DNA from: Pseudomonadota bacterium
GTDB taxonomy: Bacteria; Myxococcota_A; UBA796; SXON01
Direction of reading: 5' to 3'
DNA: 64,000 nt
NCBI GenBank assembly: GCA_030684355.1
Contig: JAUXTN010000093.1
Location: forward strand, 99,202-163,201
Below are positions 16,377 to 26,522 of this stretch, in pieces; within the stretch, counting starts at the first letter, position 1; the number at the start of each line of letters is the position of its first letter. The translations under genes were made by a program, and so were the position numbers. The notes below the pieces were generated by a model that saw only the letters and a program-made list of their open reading frames with translations, was not told where the DNA came from and searched no databases.

Positions 16377-17771
16377 ATGCATTCCATCGATCAGCTCCCC
16401 GTCGTCGTCATCGGCGCGGGCCCCGTGGGGCTCGCGGCCGCGGCGCACCTCCTGGCGCGCGACCTCTCTCCGATCGTGCTCGAAGCGGGGCCCGACATCG
16501 CGTCGAGTGTCCGCTCGTGGAGTCACGTGCGCCTCTTCTCGCCATGGCGGTACGACATCGATCGCGCCGCCCAGGCGATGCTCGAGCAGCACGGATGGAC
16601 GGCACCGCCGCCCGATGCGCTGCCGACCGGCCACGACCTCGTGGAGCTGTACCTGCGTCCGCTTTCGCGTTTGCCCCAGGTCGCCGCCGCGCTCCGACTC
16701 GACGCCCGGGTGGTCGCCATCACCCGGCTCGGCAGGGACAAGATCAAGACGGCGGGGCGCGAGGGGGTTCCGTTCGTCGTGCGCACCCGGTCGAGCGGGG
16801 GCGTCGAGCAGGAGCTGTTGGCAAGCGCCGTGATCGACGTGTCCGGCACGTGGGGGAATCCGAACCCGCTCGGCGCGTCCGGTCTCCCGGCGCTGGGCGA
16901 GCAGGCGCACGCCGACCGAATCCACTACGGCATTCCCGACATCCTCGGGCGCGATCGCCAGCACTACGACGGTCGTACGACGCTGGTGGTGGGCGCAGGC
17001 CACTCGGCGGCCAACTCCATCCTCGCGCTCGTGGATCTGGAATCGGAGCAGACCCGGGTGGTGTGGGCCACCCGCGGCTCGAACCTCGCGCGGGTCTACG
17101 GCGGGAGCGACGCCGACGGCCTCCCCGAGCGCGGGCGCCTCGGCGACCGCCTTCGCTCGCTCGTCAAGTCGGGCCGGTTGGAGCTGGTCACCGATTTCCG
17201 CATCGGCTCGGTCGGGCTCGAGCACGACAAGGTGATCGTCCGAGGCCAAGGTCCGGACGGTGAGGTCGTGCTCCGGGGGATCGAGCGCATCATCGCCGCT
17301 ACCGGACAACGTCCCGATCTCGGCGTCGCGCGCGAGCTGCGCGTCGAGACGGATCCGGCGCTCGAATCCGTACGCGCGCTGGGGCCCCTGATCGATCCGA
17401 ACGAGCACAGCTGCGGCTCGGTACGTCCCCACGGCGAAGCCGAGCTCCGCCAGCCGGAGCCCAACTACTACGTTGTCGGCAGCAAGAGCTACGGGCGCGC
17501 GCCGACCTTTCTCCTTGCCACGGGCTACGAGCAGGTCCGGTCCGTGGTCGCGCACATCGCCGGTGACCACGAGGCGGCCCGGCGCGTGGAGCTCGACCTC
17601 CCGGAGACCGGTGTGTGCTCGTCCAGGCCGTCCCCCGGCGCTGGCGGATGCTCGACCGTGTCGTCGCCCGGTGCAGGCGGGTGCTGCGCCCCCGCGGCCC
17701 CGAAGCCGGCCTCGTCGTGTTGCGGTCCGGCGCTGCAGCCGCGGCCGCAGCCGCATAGCGCCTGCTGCTGA
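16377..17771 (+). CDS. NAD(P)/FAD-dependent oxidoreductase (CzcO/flavin-monooxygenase-like) with a Cys-rich C-terminal tail
   Basis: There are two Rossmann motifs: VVVIGAGPVGLAAAAHL and TLVVGAGHSAANS. The tail reads VCSSRPSPGAGGCSTVSSPGAGGCCAPAAPKPASSCCGP...HSACC. ATG 16377 was chosen over the longer track start at 16197. Confidence 0.8.
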   Translation: MHSIDQLPVVVIGAGPVGLAAAAHLLARDLSPIVLEAGPDIASSVRSWSHVRLFSPWRYDIDRAAQAMLEQHGWTAPPPDALPTGHDLVELYLRPLSRLPQVAAALRLDARVVAITRLGRDKIKTAGREGVPFVVRTRSSGGVEQELLASAVIDVSGTWGNPNPLGASGLPALGEQAHADRIHYGIPDILGRDRQHYDGRTTLVVGAGHSAANSILALVDLESEQTRVVWATRGSNLARVYGGSDADGLPERGRLGDRLRSLVKSGRLELVTDFRIGSVGLEHDKVIVRGQGPDGEVVLRGIERIIAATGQRPDLGVARELRVETDPALESVRALGPLIDPNEHSCGSVRPHGEAELRQPEPNYYVVGSKSYGRAPTFLLATGYEQVRSVVAHIAGDHEAARRVELDLPETGVCSSRPSPGAGGCSTVSSPGAGGCCAPAAPKPASSCCGPALQPRPQPHSACC

Positions 17772-17774
17772 GCG

Positions 17775-18974
17775 ATGCGACTCCCCCTGAGCGTCGGACT
17801 CCCAGCCGGTCCTGCGGTTTGGCTCCTCGGCGCCGCCGAGACCGTCTCGTGGGGCCTCCTCTACTACTCCTTCGGCGTGCTGCTCCGGCCGATGGCGGCA
17901 GCCCTGGGGGCCTCGGAGGCCGAGATCTCCGGATCGTTCTCGGTTGCGCTTCTCGCCGCGGGCATCGCGGCCCCGTTCGTGGGCCGTGCCGTGGACCGGG
18001 CGGGTGCGGGACCCGTGATGACGGCGGGCAGCCTGCTCGGGACCCTCGGCTTCGCCCTGGCGAGCGGCGTGCAATCGACTGCCCAGCTGTACGCCGTCTG
18101 GGCGCTGATGGGGATCGCCTATGCATGCACCTCGTACGAGCCCGCGTTCGCCGCCGTGACGGCGTGGCTCCAGGACGCCGAGGCTCGCCGCCGCGCGTTG
18201 CTGGTCATCACGAGCTTCGGAGGCCTCGCCAGCACGATCTTCGTGCCGTTCGCCGCGTTCGTCGTGGAGGGGGCGGGATTGCGACCGGCCATGATGATCT
18301 TCGCGTTGGTGCTCGGCCTCGTCTTGGTACCACTCCACGTCGCCATCGCCACCGTACGCCGCCCGGCGCACCCCCCGGCTCCGAGTGTCGTGAGCCCTGT
18401 GCCGGCGTCGCCGGGTCTGCTCGGGGGCGTGTTGGCGTTGCACGCCTTCGCGTCGACCGGCGTGGCGGCGTTCCTGATCCCCGCGTTCCTCGACCGCGGC
18501 ATCACGCTGCCCGACGCGGCGGCCTTGGTTGCGCTCCTCGGAGCCTCCCAGGTGCTGGCGCGCCTCCTGTACCCGTTCCTTTGCCGGCGCGTCCCGGCGC
18601 GGGCGCGGCTCTCGATGCTGCTCGCGGTGCAGGGGATCGCGCTGGTCGGTTGGGGGTTCCTCTCCGGCCCGGCGCTGGTAGCAGCGCTGGTCGCATTCGG
18701 CGCGGCGAACGGTCTCATGACGCTCGAGCGGGCATCGGTCATCGCCGATTGGTTCGGTGTGACCGGGTACGGAGCCAGGAGCGGCAACTTCGCGGCGGGT
18801 TCGATGCTCGCCCGAGCAGCGGCCCCCGTCGCGATGGCAGTCGTTGCACGACACGCATCGTACGCATCGGCCTTCCTGATCGTGGCTTGCAGCCTCGGCA
18901 TCGCGGTCCTGATGCAGGTCTTCGGGGAGTGGCGACGGATCGGCTCCGCGACGGGCCCGGCGTTCACGCGGTAG
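17775..18974 (+). CDS. MFS transporter
   Basis: A 399-aa polytopic hydrophobic protein with roughly 12 predicted TM stretches and an MFS-like motif, GRAVDRAG, after TM2. Confidence 0.8.
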   Translation: MRLPLSVGLPAGPAVWLLGAAETVSWGLLYYSFGVLLRPMAAALGASEAEISGSFSVALLAAGIAAPFVGRAVDRAGAGPVMTAGSLLGTLGFALASGVQSTAQLYAVWALMGIAYACTSYEPAFAAVTAWLQDAEARRRALLVITSFGGLASTIFVPFAAFVVEGAGLRPAMMIFALVLGLVLVPLHVAIATVRRPAHPPAPSVVSPVPASPGLLGGVLALHAFASTGVAAFLIPAFLDRGITLPDAAALVALLGASQVLARLLYPFLCRRVPARARLSMLLAVQGIALVGWGFLSGPALVAALVAFGAANGLMTLERASVIADWFGVTGYGARSGNFAAGSMLARAAAPVAMAVVARHASYASAFLIVACSLGIAVLMQVFGEWRRIGSATGPAFTR

Positions 18975-19083
18975 GAAGCTTGGGCGTCACGAGGTCGGGA
19001 TCCGTGCACCCTCGATCCCGGCCTGATCGCCGTCACGCGGAACACCTGCTGTCCGTCGTACGTCGTGTCGGACGGGGGCAATG

Positions 19084-19977
19084 TCACCCCCGATCCACCA
19101 CCACGTCCCCCTCCCGCAACACCAACTCCACCAGCCCGATGCGGGAGGATGCCACGAGGTCGGTGCGCACGCCCGACTCGCGCAGGCGATCGCGGAGGCG
19201 GCCGAGGAGCCCGTCCCACCGGCGCCGCAAGGCGTCGCGGTCGTCGAGGTGCGGCCAATGCGGCCGCGCCAGGTCCTCCCAGGACATCGGCTGCTGCACG
19301 CTCGCCAGCTCGGACACGACCCGCGCGAGCTGACCGGCGAGCACGATCACCGTGCCGTCCGCGCGGTGCACCTGCACGGTGTCGAACGACGCGACGATGC
19401 GCAGCGGCCCCCGGTCGTCCGCACGGGTCGGCGACTGGCCCGCCGTGGAGAGCGCGATGGTGACGACGCGGAACGTCGCGCCCGCGGCGGCCACCGCGCC
19501 GCCCACCTCGAGATCGGTCGACTCGCCGCCGGGCAGGCGCATCCGCCAACGCCCGTCGGTGGCCCAGAACACGGCCCTCGCCTCGGCGAGCGCGCCGGGC
19601 GCCAGGCGCGGGTGCGGATCGAACACGAGCGAGCACGTGCCGGGGAGCGCCTGCGCGGGCAGCCCCGGCCCTTCGAGGCCGAGGACCGCGTCGGGGAGCG
19701 TCACCTCGTCGACCTCCAGCTCGACGGCGGGCGCGAGGCGGATCCGGAGGCCGGCCGCGAGGGGGACCGCGTCGGTCGCCTTGCCGCCGACGCTGAAGCG
19801 GCGTCTCAACGCGAGGAGCCAGAGCCGTTCGCCGCGCAGGCTCACCATGGCGTGCGCCTCGGACACGTCCGGGTCGTCGAGGCGGAGCGCCGCGGCCCAG
19901 GTGCGGCCGATGAGATCGCCGGCGTAGAGGGTCTCGAGGTCGCCCGTGGGGAGCCGCAAGCGGACGGAGGCGTGCAT
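19084..19977 (-). CDS. FHA-like domain protein with a C-terminal winged-helix (OmpR/PhoB-type) like region
   Basis: MHASVRLRLPTGDLETLYAGDLIGRTWAAALRLDDPDVSEAHAMVSLRGERLWLLAL carries the FHA G-R...S-x-x-H signature. The C-terminus reads LRRRWDGLLGRLRDRLRESGVRTDLVASSRIGLVELVL. ATG 19977 is used. The remainder of the 1331-aa track ORF is artefact. Confidence 0.65.
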   Translation of the reverse strand: MHASVRLRLPTGDLETLYAGDLIGRTWAAALRLDDPDVSEAHAMVSLRGERLWLLALRRRFSVGGKATDAVPLAAGLRIRLAPAVELEVDEVTLPDAVLGLEGPGLPAQALPGTCSLVFDPHPRLAPGALAEARAVFWATDGRWRMRLPGGESTDLEVGGAVAAAGATFRVVTIALSTAGQSPTRADDRGPLRIVASFDTVQVHRADGTVIVLAGQLARVVSELASVQQPMSWEDLARPHWPHLDDRDALRRRWDGLLGRLRDRLRESGVRTDLVASSRIGLVELVLREGDVVVDRG

Positions 19978-20021
19978 CGGCCGCCAGGGTAGCGCGACGT
20001 CGACCGTGCCGTCGCGACTCC

Positions 20022-23000
20022 TCACTTCGGCGCACTCCCCCACGCCCGCTCCACCTCGGCGTCCAGCGCGCCGACGGGGCGCGCGAGCGCGGCGAGGGCC
20101 CACACGCGGGCGGTTTTGTCCCAGCTCGCCGTCACCAGGTCTCCGTCGGGCAGGAACTCGAGGGCGACGACGCGCTCGGTGTGTCCGGGCAGCACGCCGA
20201 GCAGGCGGCCGGTGGCGGCGTCCCACACGCGCACGACGCCGTCGAGGCCGGCAGCGGCGACACGCCCGCCGTCGGGGGACAGTGCTACGTCCAGCAGGGA
20301 GGCGCCTGGCACCCCGAGCCGTCGCGCCCCCGCGGCGTCCCGGATCTCCACGGCGTCCCTCGTCGCGATGGCCAACCGGTCGCCGCGCAGCGCGACGGCG
20401 CGGGCCTCGGGCTCCGTCGCGAGGGTCGAGAACGCGCTCCCGTCGACCCGATCCACCCGTCCGAATGTGTCGAGCACGACCACGGCCGCTCCATCCCGCT
20501 CCAGGTCCGCGAAGAGCCGGTCGGCGGCCAGGGGCGTGGGGGGCGTGCCCCGGTCGGCCCAGCGATAGAGCCCGGCGTGAAGGTCCGCGCCGACGATCGA
20601 GCGATCCTCCAACCACGCGAGCCGGCGCAGCCGCCGGCCTTCCGCGACCGGGGCCCAGGCGCCGCCGCCGTCGACCACGGCGAGGCCGGGGCCGGCCATC
20701 CCGGCGGCGAGGATCTCCCGCCCCGACGCGTCGAACGCGACGGCCTTCACGACGCTGTCGCCCATCGTCGCGCGGCGGGTCCGCCCGTCTCGGAGGTCCA
20801 CCGTGACGACCGCGCCGTCTCCTCCCGCGAGGGCGACGTGGTTGCCGTCGGGCGACGCGGCGATGTCGGCGAGGCCGGCCGTCCCGCGCACGAGGGCGGG
20901 TGTGCCGCCCGCCAGGCGCCAGGTACGCAGCCGCCCATCGTGCACGCGCAGGCCTTCGTCCACGAACGCGAAGGCGCGCGGCCGCGCCGCGGGGATCTCG
21001 CCGACGAGCGAGGAGGTGTCGAGGCGCCACAGCCCCACGCCGCCGACCGTGCCGCCGAGCGCGACGTAGCGGCCGTCCGGCGAGACGCGCAGGGAGCCGA
21101 TGGCGCCGAGCTCGGTCTCGCCCGCGGCGAGGAGCGCGCCGGTGTCGCCCGAGTAGACGTACACGCGCCCGCGTAGCGTCCCGGCGACGATGGCCCCGTC
21201 CGGTGTCCAGGCGAGCGACATCGCGACGTGGTCGCCGAACACATCCGTCTTGACGCGCACCTGCCCGGGATCCGCGGTGGTGCCGACGATGAGGGTCCCA
21301 TCGCCGCAGAGCGTGGCGAGGCGGCCGTGCTCCGAGAGGGCGGCCACCTGGATCTTCGCCAGGCACCCGGATGCCGGCGCGTCCCCGAGATCCAAGGGCT
21401 CGACCCCCGCCCACAACGTCCGCGGCGCCACGCGGGGCACCCAGTCGGTGAGGCTCAAAGGCCATCGGCCGCGCACCTCCCCGGTCGTCGCGTCGATCGC
21501 GAACGTCGTGTTCGCGGCGTCCCAGACCAGCGCGAGATCGCCGTGCACCGCGCCCCCCACCGCGGTGATCGGCGCCGTCCACACGACCCGCCCGTCCTCC
21601 CAGCGCGCGATCGCGCTCGGCTCGCCGCACAGCACCCACCCGGCGTCCGAGGCGCCCGGGAGCGCCGACCACGCGCACGCCCGCCCCGCTTCCTCCCGGA
21701 CGAGCGTCGGGCGCTCCGACCGGCCGAAGGCCGCGAACACGCCGCGCGCGAGCGGATCGTCGCGCTCGTGGAGCACCGCGAGGGCGAGGCGCTCCGCTGT
21801 CTCCCGGGCGCCCGAGCGCGTCGCGGTGACGGCCTGCTCGAGCCGCAGATCCGCGAGGGACGCGCGGGCCTCCGCCTCGGCGACGAGCGCGCGGTCGAGC
21901 GAGCGCGTGGTCTGCCACCAGCCGCCGGCCACCGCCACCGAGAGCGCGAGGAGCCCGGCGGCGCCGATCCCGAGCGGCAGGCGATACGCGGCGAGCGTGC
22001 GCCGCAAGAGGTCGCCCGGCGTGTAGCTGTACGCGGCCACCCGCCGCCCCTCGAACCAGCGCAGCAGGTCGTCGGCGAAGGCGGCCGCGTCGGCGTAGCG
22101 GTCCGCCGGTGCCGGGGCGGTGGCGCGGGCGACGATCGCGGCGAGCTCGGGCGGTAGCTCCCGGCGCGCGCCGCCCACCACGACCGCGAGCGTGATGCCG
22201 AGGCTCCACACGTCGTGACGCGGATCCGGCGCCTCCCCGCGCTCCTGCTCCGGTGCCATGTAGGGCGGCGTGCCGACGGTGCCGCGCGCGGCGCTCGCGG
22301 GCAGATCCGCCCAGCGGTCGGCCGCCGCGGGGAGGGGCGTCGCGAGGCCCCAGTCCACGACCTGGGTCTCCCCGTGCGCGCCGATGAGGATGTTCGCGGG
22401 CTTCAGATCGCGGTGCACGACCCCCGCGTCGTGGGCGGCGGCGACCGCGTCCGCGGCCGCGAGCAAGTGCCGCACGAGCTGGCGCCGCGCCTCGGGGCTG
22501 GTCGCCTCGGCGGCGGCGCGCGCGAGGGTCCGGCCGCGCACGAGGCGCATCGTGTAGAAGGGCCGGCCGTCGGGGAGGCGCCCGCCGTCGTGGACCGACA
22601 CGATCCCGGGGTGATCGAGGCGGCCGGTGATGGCGGCCTCGCGGGCGAGGCGGGCGCGCGCGCCGGCGTCCCCCGCGAGCTGGGGCTGGAGCTCCTTCAG
22701 CGCGACATCGCGCCCGAGCATCGTGTCGCGCGCCGCGTACACCGAGCCCATCCCGCCGCGGCCGAGCAGCGCGCCGATGGTGTAGCGGTCGGTCGGAGGG
22801 GCCTCGGCACCGATCTCCTCCCCGCCGACGTACGGGATCGTCGGCTCGCCCGGATCGCTCCACCCGCCCTGGCTTTGGTCGGCGGAGCTCGGATCCCCGC
22901 AGCTCGGGGCGTCGGGGCCCGGGGCGGCGGGGAGGGGAGCGTCGGCGGGTCGGGAGGGCGGCGGCACGGGACGCAAGTAGCCGACGACGCATGCCGAGGG

Positions 23001-23054
23001 ACGCGGCGGCGCCACGAGTGGGGGTTGGGTGGGGGTCACAACGATGGCGGCCAC
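20022..23054 (-). CDS. Ser/Thr protein kinase with a TM segment and a C-terminal WD40/beta-propeller region
   Basis: Kinase motifs: GRGGMGSVY, VALKEL, HRDLKPANI, DWG, APE. TM segment: LPLGIGAAGLLALSVAVAGGWW. A canonical WD40 unit lies at the end: GHTERVVALEFLPDGDLVTASWDKTARVWAL. The start is uncertain, because GTG 23054 leaves only 36 bp to the divergent gene. TTG 22975 and GTG 22966 are alternatives. Confidence 0.85.
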   Translation of the reverse strand: MAAIVVTPTQPPLVAPPRPSACVVGYLRPVPPPSRPADAPLPAAPGPDAPSCGDPSSADQSQGGWSDPGEPTIPYVGGEEIGAEAPPTDRYTIGALLGRGGMGSVYAARDTMLGRDVALKELQPQLAGDAGARARLAREAAITGRLDHPGIVSVHDGGRLPDGRPFYTMRLVRGRTLARAAAEATSPEARRQLVRHLLAAADAVAAAHDAGVVHRDLKPANILIGAHGETQVVDWGLATPLPAAADRWADLPASAARGTVGTPPYMAPEQERGEAPDPRHDVWSLGITLAVVVGGARRELPPELAAIVARATAPAPADRYADAAAFADDLLRWFEGRRVAAYSYTPGDLLRRTLAAYRLPLGIGAAGLLALSVAVAGGWWQTTRSLDRALVAEAEARASLADLRLEQAVTATRSGARETAERLALAVLHERDDPLARGVFAAFGRSERPTLVREEAGRACAWSALPGASDAGWVLCGEPSAIARWEDGRVVWTAPITAVGGAVHGDLALVWDAANTTFAIDATTGEVRGRWPLSLTDWVPRVAPRTLWAGVEPLDLGDAPASGCLAKIQVAALSEHGRLATLCGDGTLIVGTTADPGQVRVKTDVFGDHVAMSLAWTPDGAIVAGTLRGRVYVYSGDTGALLAAGETELGAIGSLRVSPDGRYVALGGTVGGVGLWRLDTSSLVGEIPAARPRAFAFVDEGLRVHDGRLRTWRLAGGTPALVRGTAGLADIAASPDGNHVALAGGDGAVVTVDLRDGRTRRATMGDSVVKAVAFDASGREILAAGMAGPGLAVVDGGGAWAPVAEGRRLRRLAWLEDRSIVGADLHAGLYRWADRGTPPTPLAADRLFADLERDGAAVVVLDTFGRVDRVDGSAFSTLATEPEARAVALRGDRLAIATRDAVEIRDAAGARRLGVPGASLLDVALSPDGGRVAAAGLDGVVRVWDAATGRLLGVLPGHTERVVALEFLPDGDLVTASWDKTARVWALAALARPVGALDAEVERAWGSAPK

Positions 23055-23090
23055 GGGTATCGAGGAGGCGCAACTTCAACCGGAGTCCCC

Positions 23091-24701
23091 ATGCTGTTGT
23101 CCTCGACCCTCCTCGCCCTCGCCCTCGCCACGCCGGACGCCGCGGCGGCCACGGAAACCAAGGTCCGGAGCGGACGCATCATCCAGAACACCACCACCAA
23201 CGCGGGCGACATCGTGGTGGTCACCTCCGGCGACGCCACCGGCACCATCGCCGACGTGTCCGCCGCGATCACCTCCGGCTCCGGCACCGAGACCATCCGC
23301 CTCACCGAGGCCGACGCCTGGCTCCACGGCGCCGCCTCGCTCGCCGCGCTCCCCGCCACGGACGCCCGCGTGGCCCTCACCGTCTACGACACCAGCAGCG
23401 CCGCGCTCGTCACGTTCACCGGCACGCTCGGGGCGGACGGCGTGGTGTCCCGCATGAAGCGCGCCGACTACTGCGGCATGGGCGACACCTACACCTGCGC
23501 CGCGGACCTCGACGTCCTCGCCGCGACGACCTACCCCGAGGCCGACGGCACCTACACCGTCGCCTTCGACCTCTCCGGCGCCGACACCACCGGCGTCGCC
23601 TACGCCGACCTCGCCGTGGTCGAGACCACCGCGTGCGTCTCCCGCGGGTGCACCGGGGACGTGACCACGACGATCACCACCGCTGAGCTCGGCTTCGACG
23701 ATCTCGGCCTCGTCTGGCAGGGCGAGGTCTCGCTCGCCCTCGACGGCGTGTCCGACGTGACGATCACGGCCACCGACGCCGCGGGCGCCGCGCTCGATTC
23801 CATCCGGACCCAGGTCGTGCGCGCCTGGGACGACGGCGGCGCCGGGGTCTCCGCCCTCCCCACCGACGAGGATCCGCTCACCAGCGTGGCGCTCATCATG
23901 GACCAGCTCCACAACGGCGGGACGGAGGGGTTCGCCCTCACCGTCCTCTCCGACGGCTGGGCCCTCGACGACACCCTCCCCACCTACGCCGAGATCACCC
24001 TCACCAACGGCGAGGTCTGGGACGTACCCGCCAACAGCTACCAGCTCGCGACGAGCACGCCGATCACGTTCCGGGGCGACCCCTCCACCGAGCGCTTCTA
24101 CCTCACCGTCAACGGCGTGAAGGTCGGCGCAGGGCAGGCCATGGGCCGCCGGGGCATCTGCCAGTACGGCGCCTGCTTCTCGCTCGCGCAGGACACCGGC
24201 GGCGCATGGACGCTCTCGGCCACCGCCTACGCCGCGACCCCGGAGAAGCTCCCCACCCGCGTCACCGTCACGCTCAGCGGCGCGTACGGCTACGCCACCC
24301 CGAGCGAGTCCAGCTACACCCTCACCTTCGGCGAGGAGGTCGCGGTCGTGTTCGCCACCGAGGTCAGCTTCGCGGGCGATCCCTCCGGCTACGACCTCAC
24401 CGGCCGCGTGCGCCTGCGCGGCAAGCAGACGCTCCTCGTCGGCAAGTTCGAGGGCCAGTTCGGCGTCGATTCGGACGGTGCCACCGACCTCGGCTTCATC
24501 GGCAGCGGCGGCGCCACCGTGAGCAAGGGCGACATCCTCATCGGCGGCGAGCCCATCGACTTCGAGCTCACCGACACCAACGGCGACGGTGTGATCAGCG
24601 CGCCCCCGGTCGTCGTGTTCCGGACGACCCAGGGCGGCTACGGCAACGGGTACATGCCGCCGTCCGGCCAGGGCCAGACCCAGCAGACCCAGCTTCTCTG
24701 A
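23091..24701 (+). CDS. Secreted hypothetical protein (536 aa); no domain recognised
   Basis: Signal peptide MLLSSTLLALALATPDAAAA. Composition is T/A/G/D-rich and Arg-poor with high GC3. The tail is Q-rich. The track ORF start at 22215 was rejected because it is antisense to the kinase. Confidence 0.75.
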   Translation: MLLSSTLLALALATPDAAAATETKVRSGRIIQNTTTNAGDIVVVTSGDATGTIADVSAAITSGSGTETIRLTEADAWLHGAASLAALPATDARVALTVYDTSSAALVTFTGTLGADGVVSRMKRADYCGMGDTYTCAADLDVLAATTYPEADGTYTVAFDLSGADTTGVAYADLAVVETTACVSRGCTGDVTTTITTAELGFDDLGLVWQGEVSLALDGVSDVTITATDAAGAALDSIRTQVVRAWDDGGAGVSALPTDEDPLTSVALIMDQLHNGGTEGFALTVLSDGWALDDTLPTYAEITLTNGEVWDVPANSYQLATSTPITFRGDPSTERFYLTVNGVKVGAGQAMGRRGICQYGACFSLAQDTGGAWTLSATAYAATPEKLPTRVTVTLSGAYGYATPSESSYTLTFGEEVAVVFATEVSFAGDPSGYDLTGRVRLRGKQTLLVGKFEGQFGVDSDGATDLGFIGSGGATVSKGDILIGGEPIDFELTDTNGDGVISAPPVVVFRTTQGGYGNGYMPPSGQGQTQQTQLL

Positions 24702-24801
24702 ACCCTCGGTTCTCTTGGGGCAGGGGGGCTCCGCCCCCCCGCAACGCCCCCCGGAGCCCGCGATCGCTGGGCTCGCGGCGCCGACGACACGGCCGCGCGC
24801 C

Positions 24802-25911
<1,110 letters not shown>

Positions 25912-26006
25912 GGGTGCTTCCGGGCGAGCGGCGCCCTACCTCGCCGGGGAGGCCGCCGCATCCGCGCGATCCATTGCCGCGCGGTTAGACGGGGCGCGGA
26001 GGACGG

Positions 26007-26471
26007 ATGCGCCACTGGTTGATGAAGAGCGAGCCCGACGTGTACTCGATCGACGACCTGCGGCGCGACGGCCGCACGAGCTGGGAGGGCGTGCGCAATT
26101 ACACCGCGCGGAACTGGATGCGCGACGACATGAAGGAGGGCGACCTCGTCCTCTACTACCACTCCAACGCCGAGCCCTCGGGCGTGGCGGGCGTGGCGAA
26201 GGTGGTGCGCGACGCCTACCCGGATCCGCACGCGCTCGATCCCGCCTCGCACTACTACGACCCCACCGCCAAGCCCGACGTGCCCCGCTGGGTGTCCGTC
26301 GACATCGGCTTTGTCGAGCGCTTCCCCGCGATCGTGCCGCTGGCGGCCCTGAAGGCCGAGCCCGATCTCGCGGGGATGGAGGTCACGAAGCGCGGCTCCC
26401 GCCTCTCCGTGCACCCCGTGGACGCCGCCCATTTCGAGAAAGTCCGGGCGATGGGGCGCGCGCAGGGCTGA
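26007..26471 (+). CDS. EVE domain protein
   Basis: MRHWLMKSEPDVYSIDDL...WEGVRNYTARNWMRDDMKEGDLVLYYHS...VAGVAKVVRDAYPD is typical of the stand-alone EVE/PUA-like family. Confidence 0.85.
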   Translation: MRHWLMKSEPDVYSIDDLRRDGRTSWEGVRNYTARNWMRDDMKEGDLVLYYHSNAEPSGVAGVAKVVRDAYPDPHALDPASHYYDPTAKPDVPRWVSVDIGFVERFPAIVPLAALKAEPDLAGMEVTKRGSRLSVHPVDAAHFEKVRAMGRAQG

Positions 26472-26522
26472 TCGTCGAGGGGGGAGCCGACTGAAGGGGC
26501 CGCGTCGTCGTACACTCCACCC

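Noticed and set aside
16125-18854. 909-aa minus-strand ORF over the flavoprotein and MFS genes
   Set aside because: It has low-complexity RRGR-type composition. The plus-strand frames have Rossmann motifs and TM helices.
19084-23079. 1331-aa ORF suggesting one giant gene
   Set aside because: Only its last 297 aa (from ATG 19977) are protein-like. The rest is out-of-frame read-through over the WD40 kinase gene, whose own frame (20022..23054) carries the kinase motifs.
22215-23090. Long N-terminal extension of the orphan secreted protein (828-aa track ORF)
   Set aside because: The extension is antisense to the kinase N-terminus and is Arg-rich. A clean signal peptide begins at ATG 23091.
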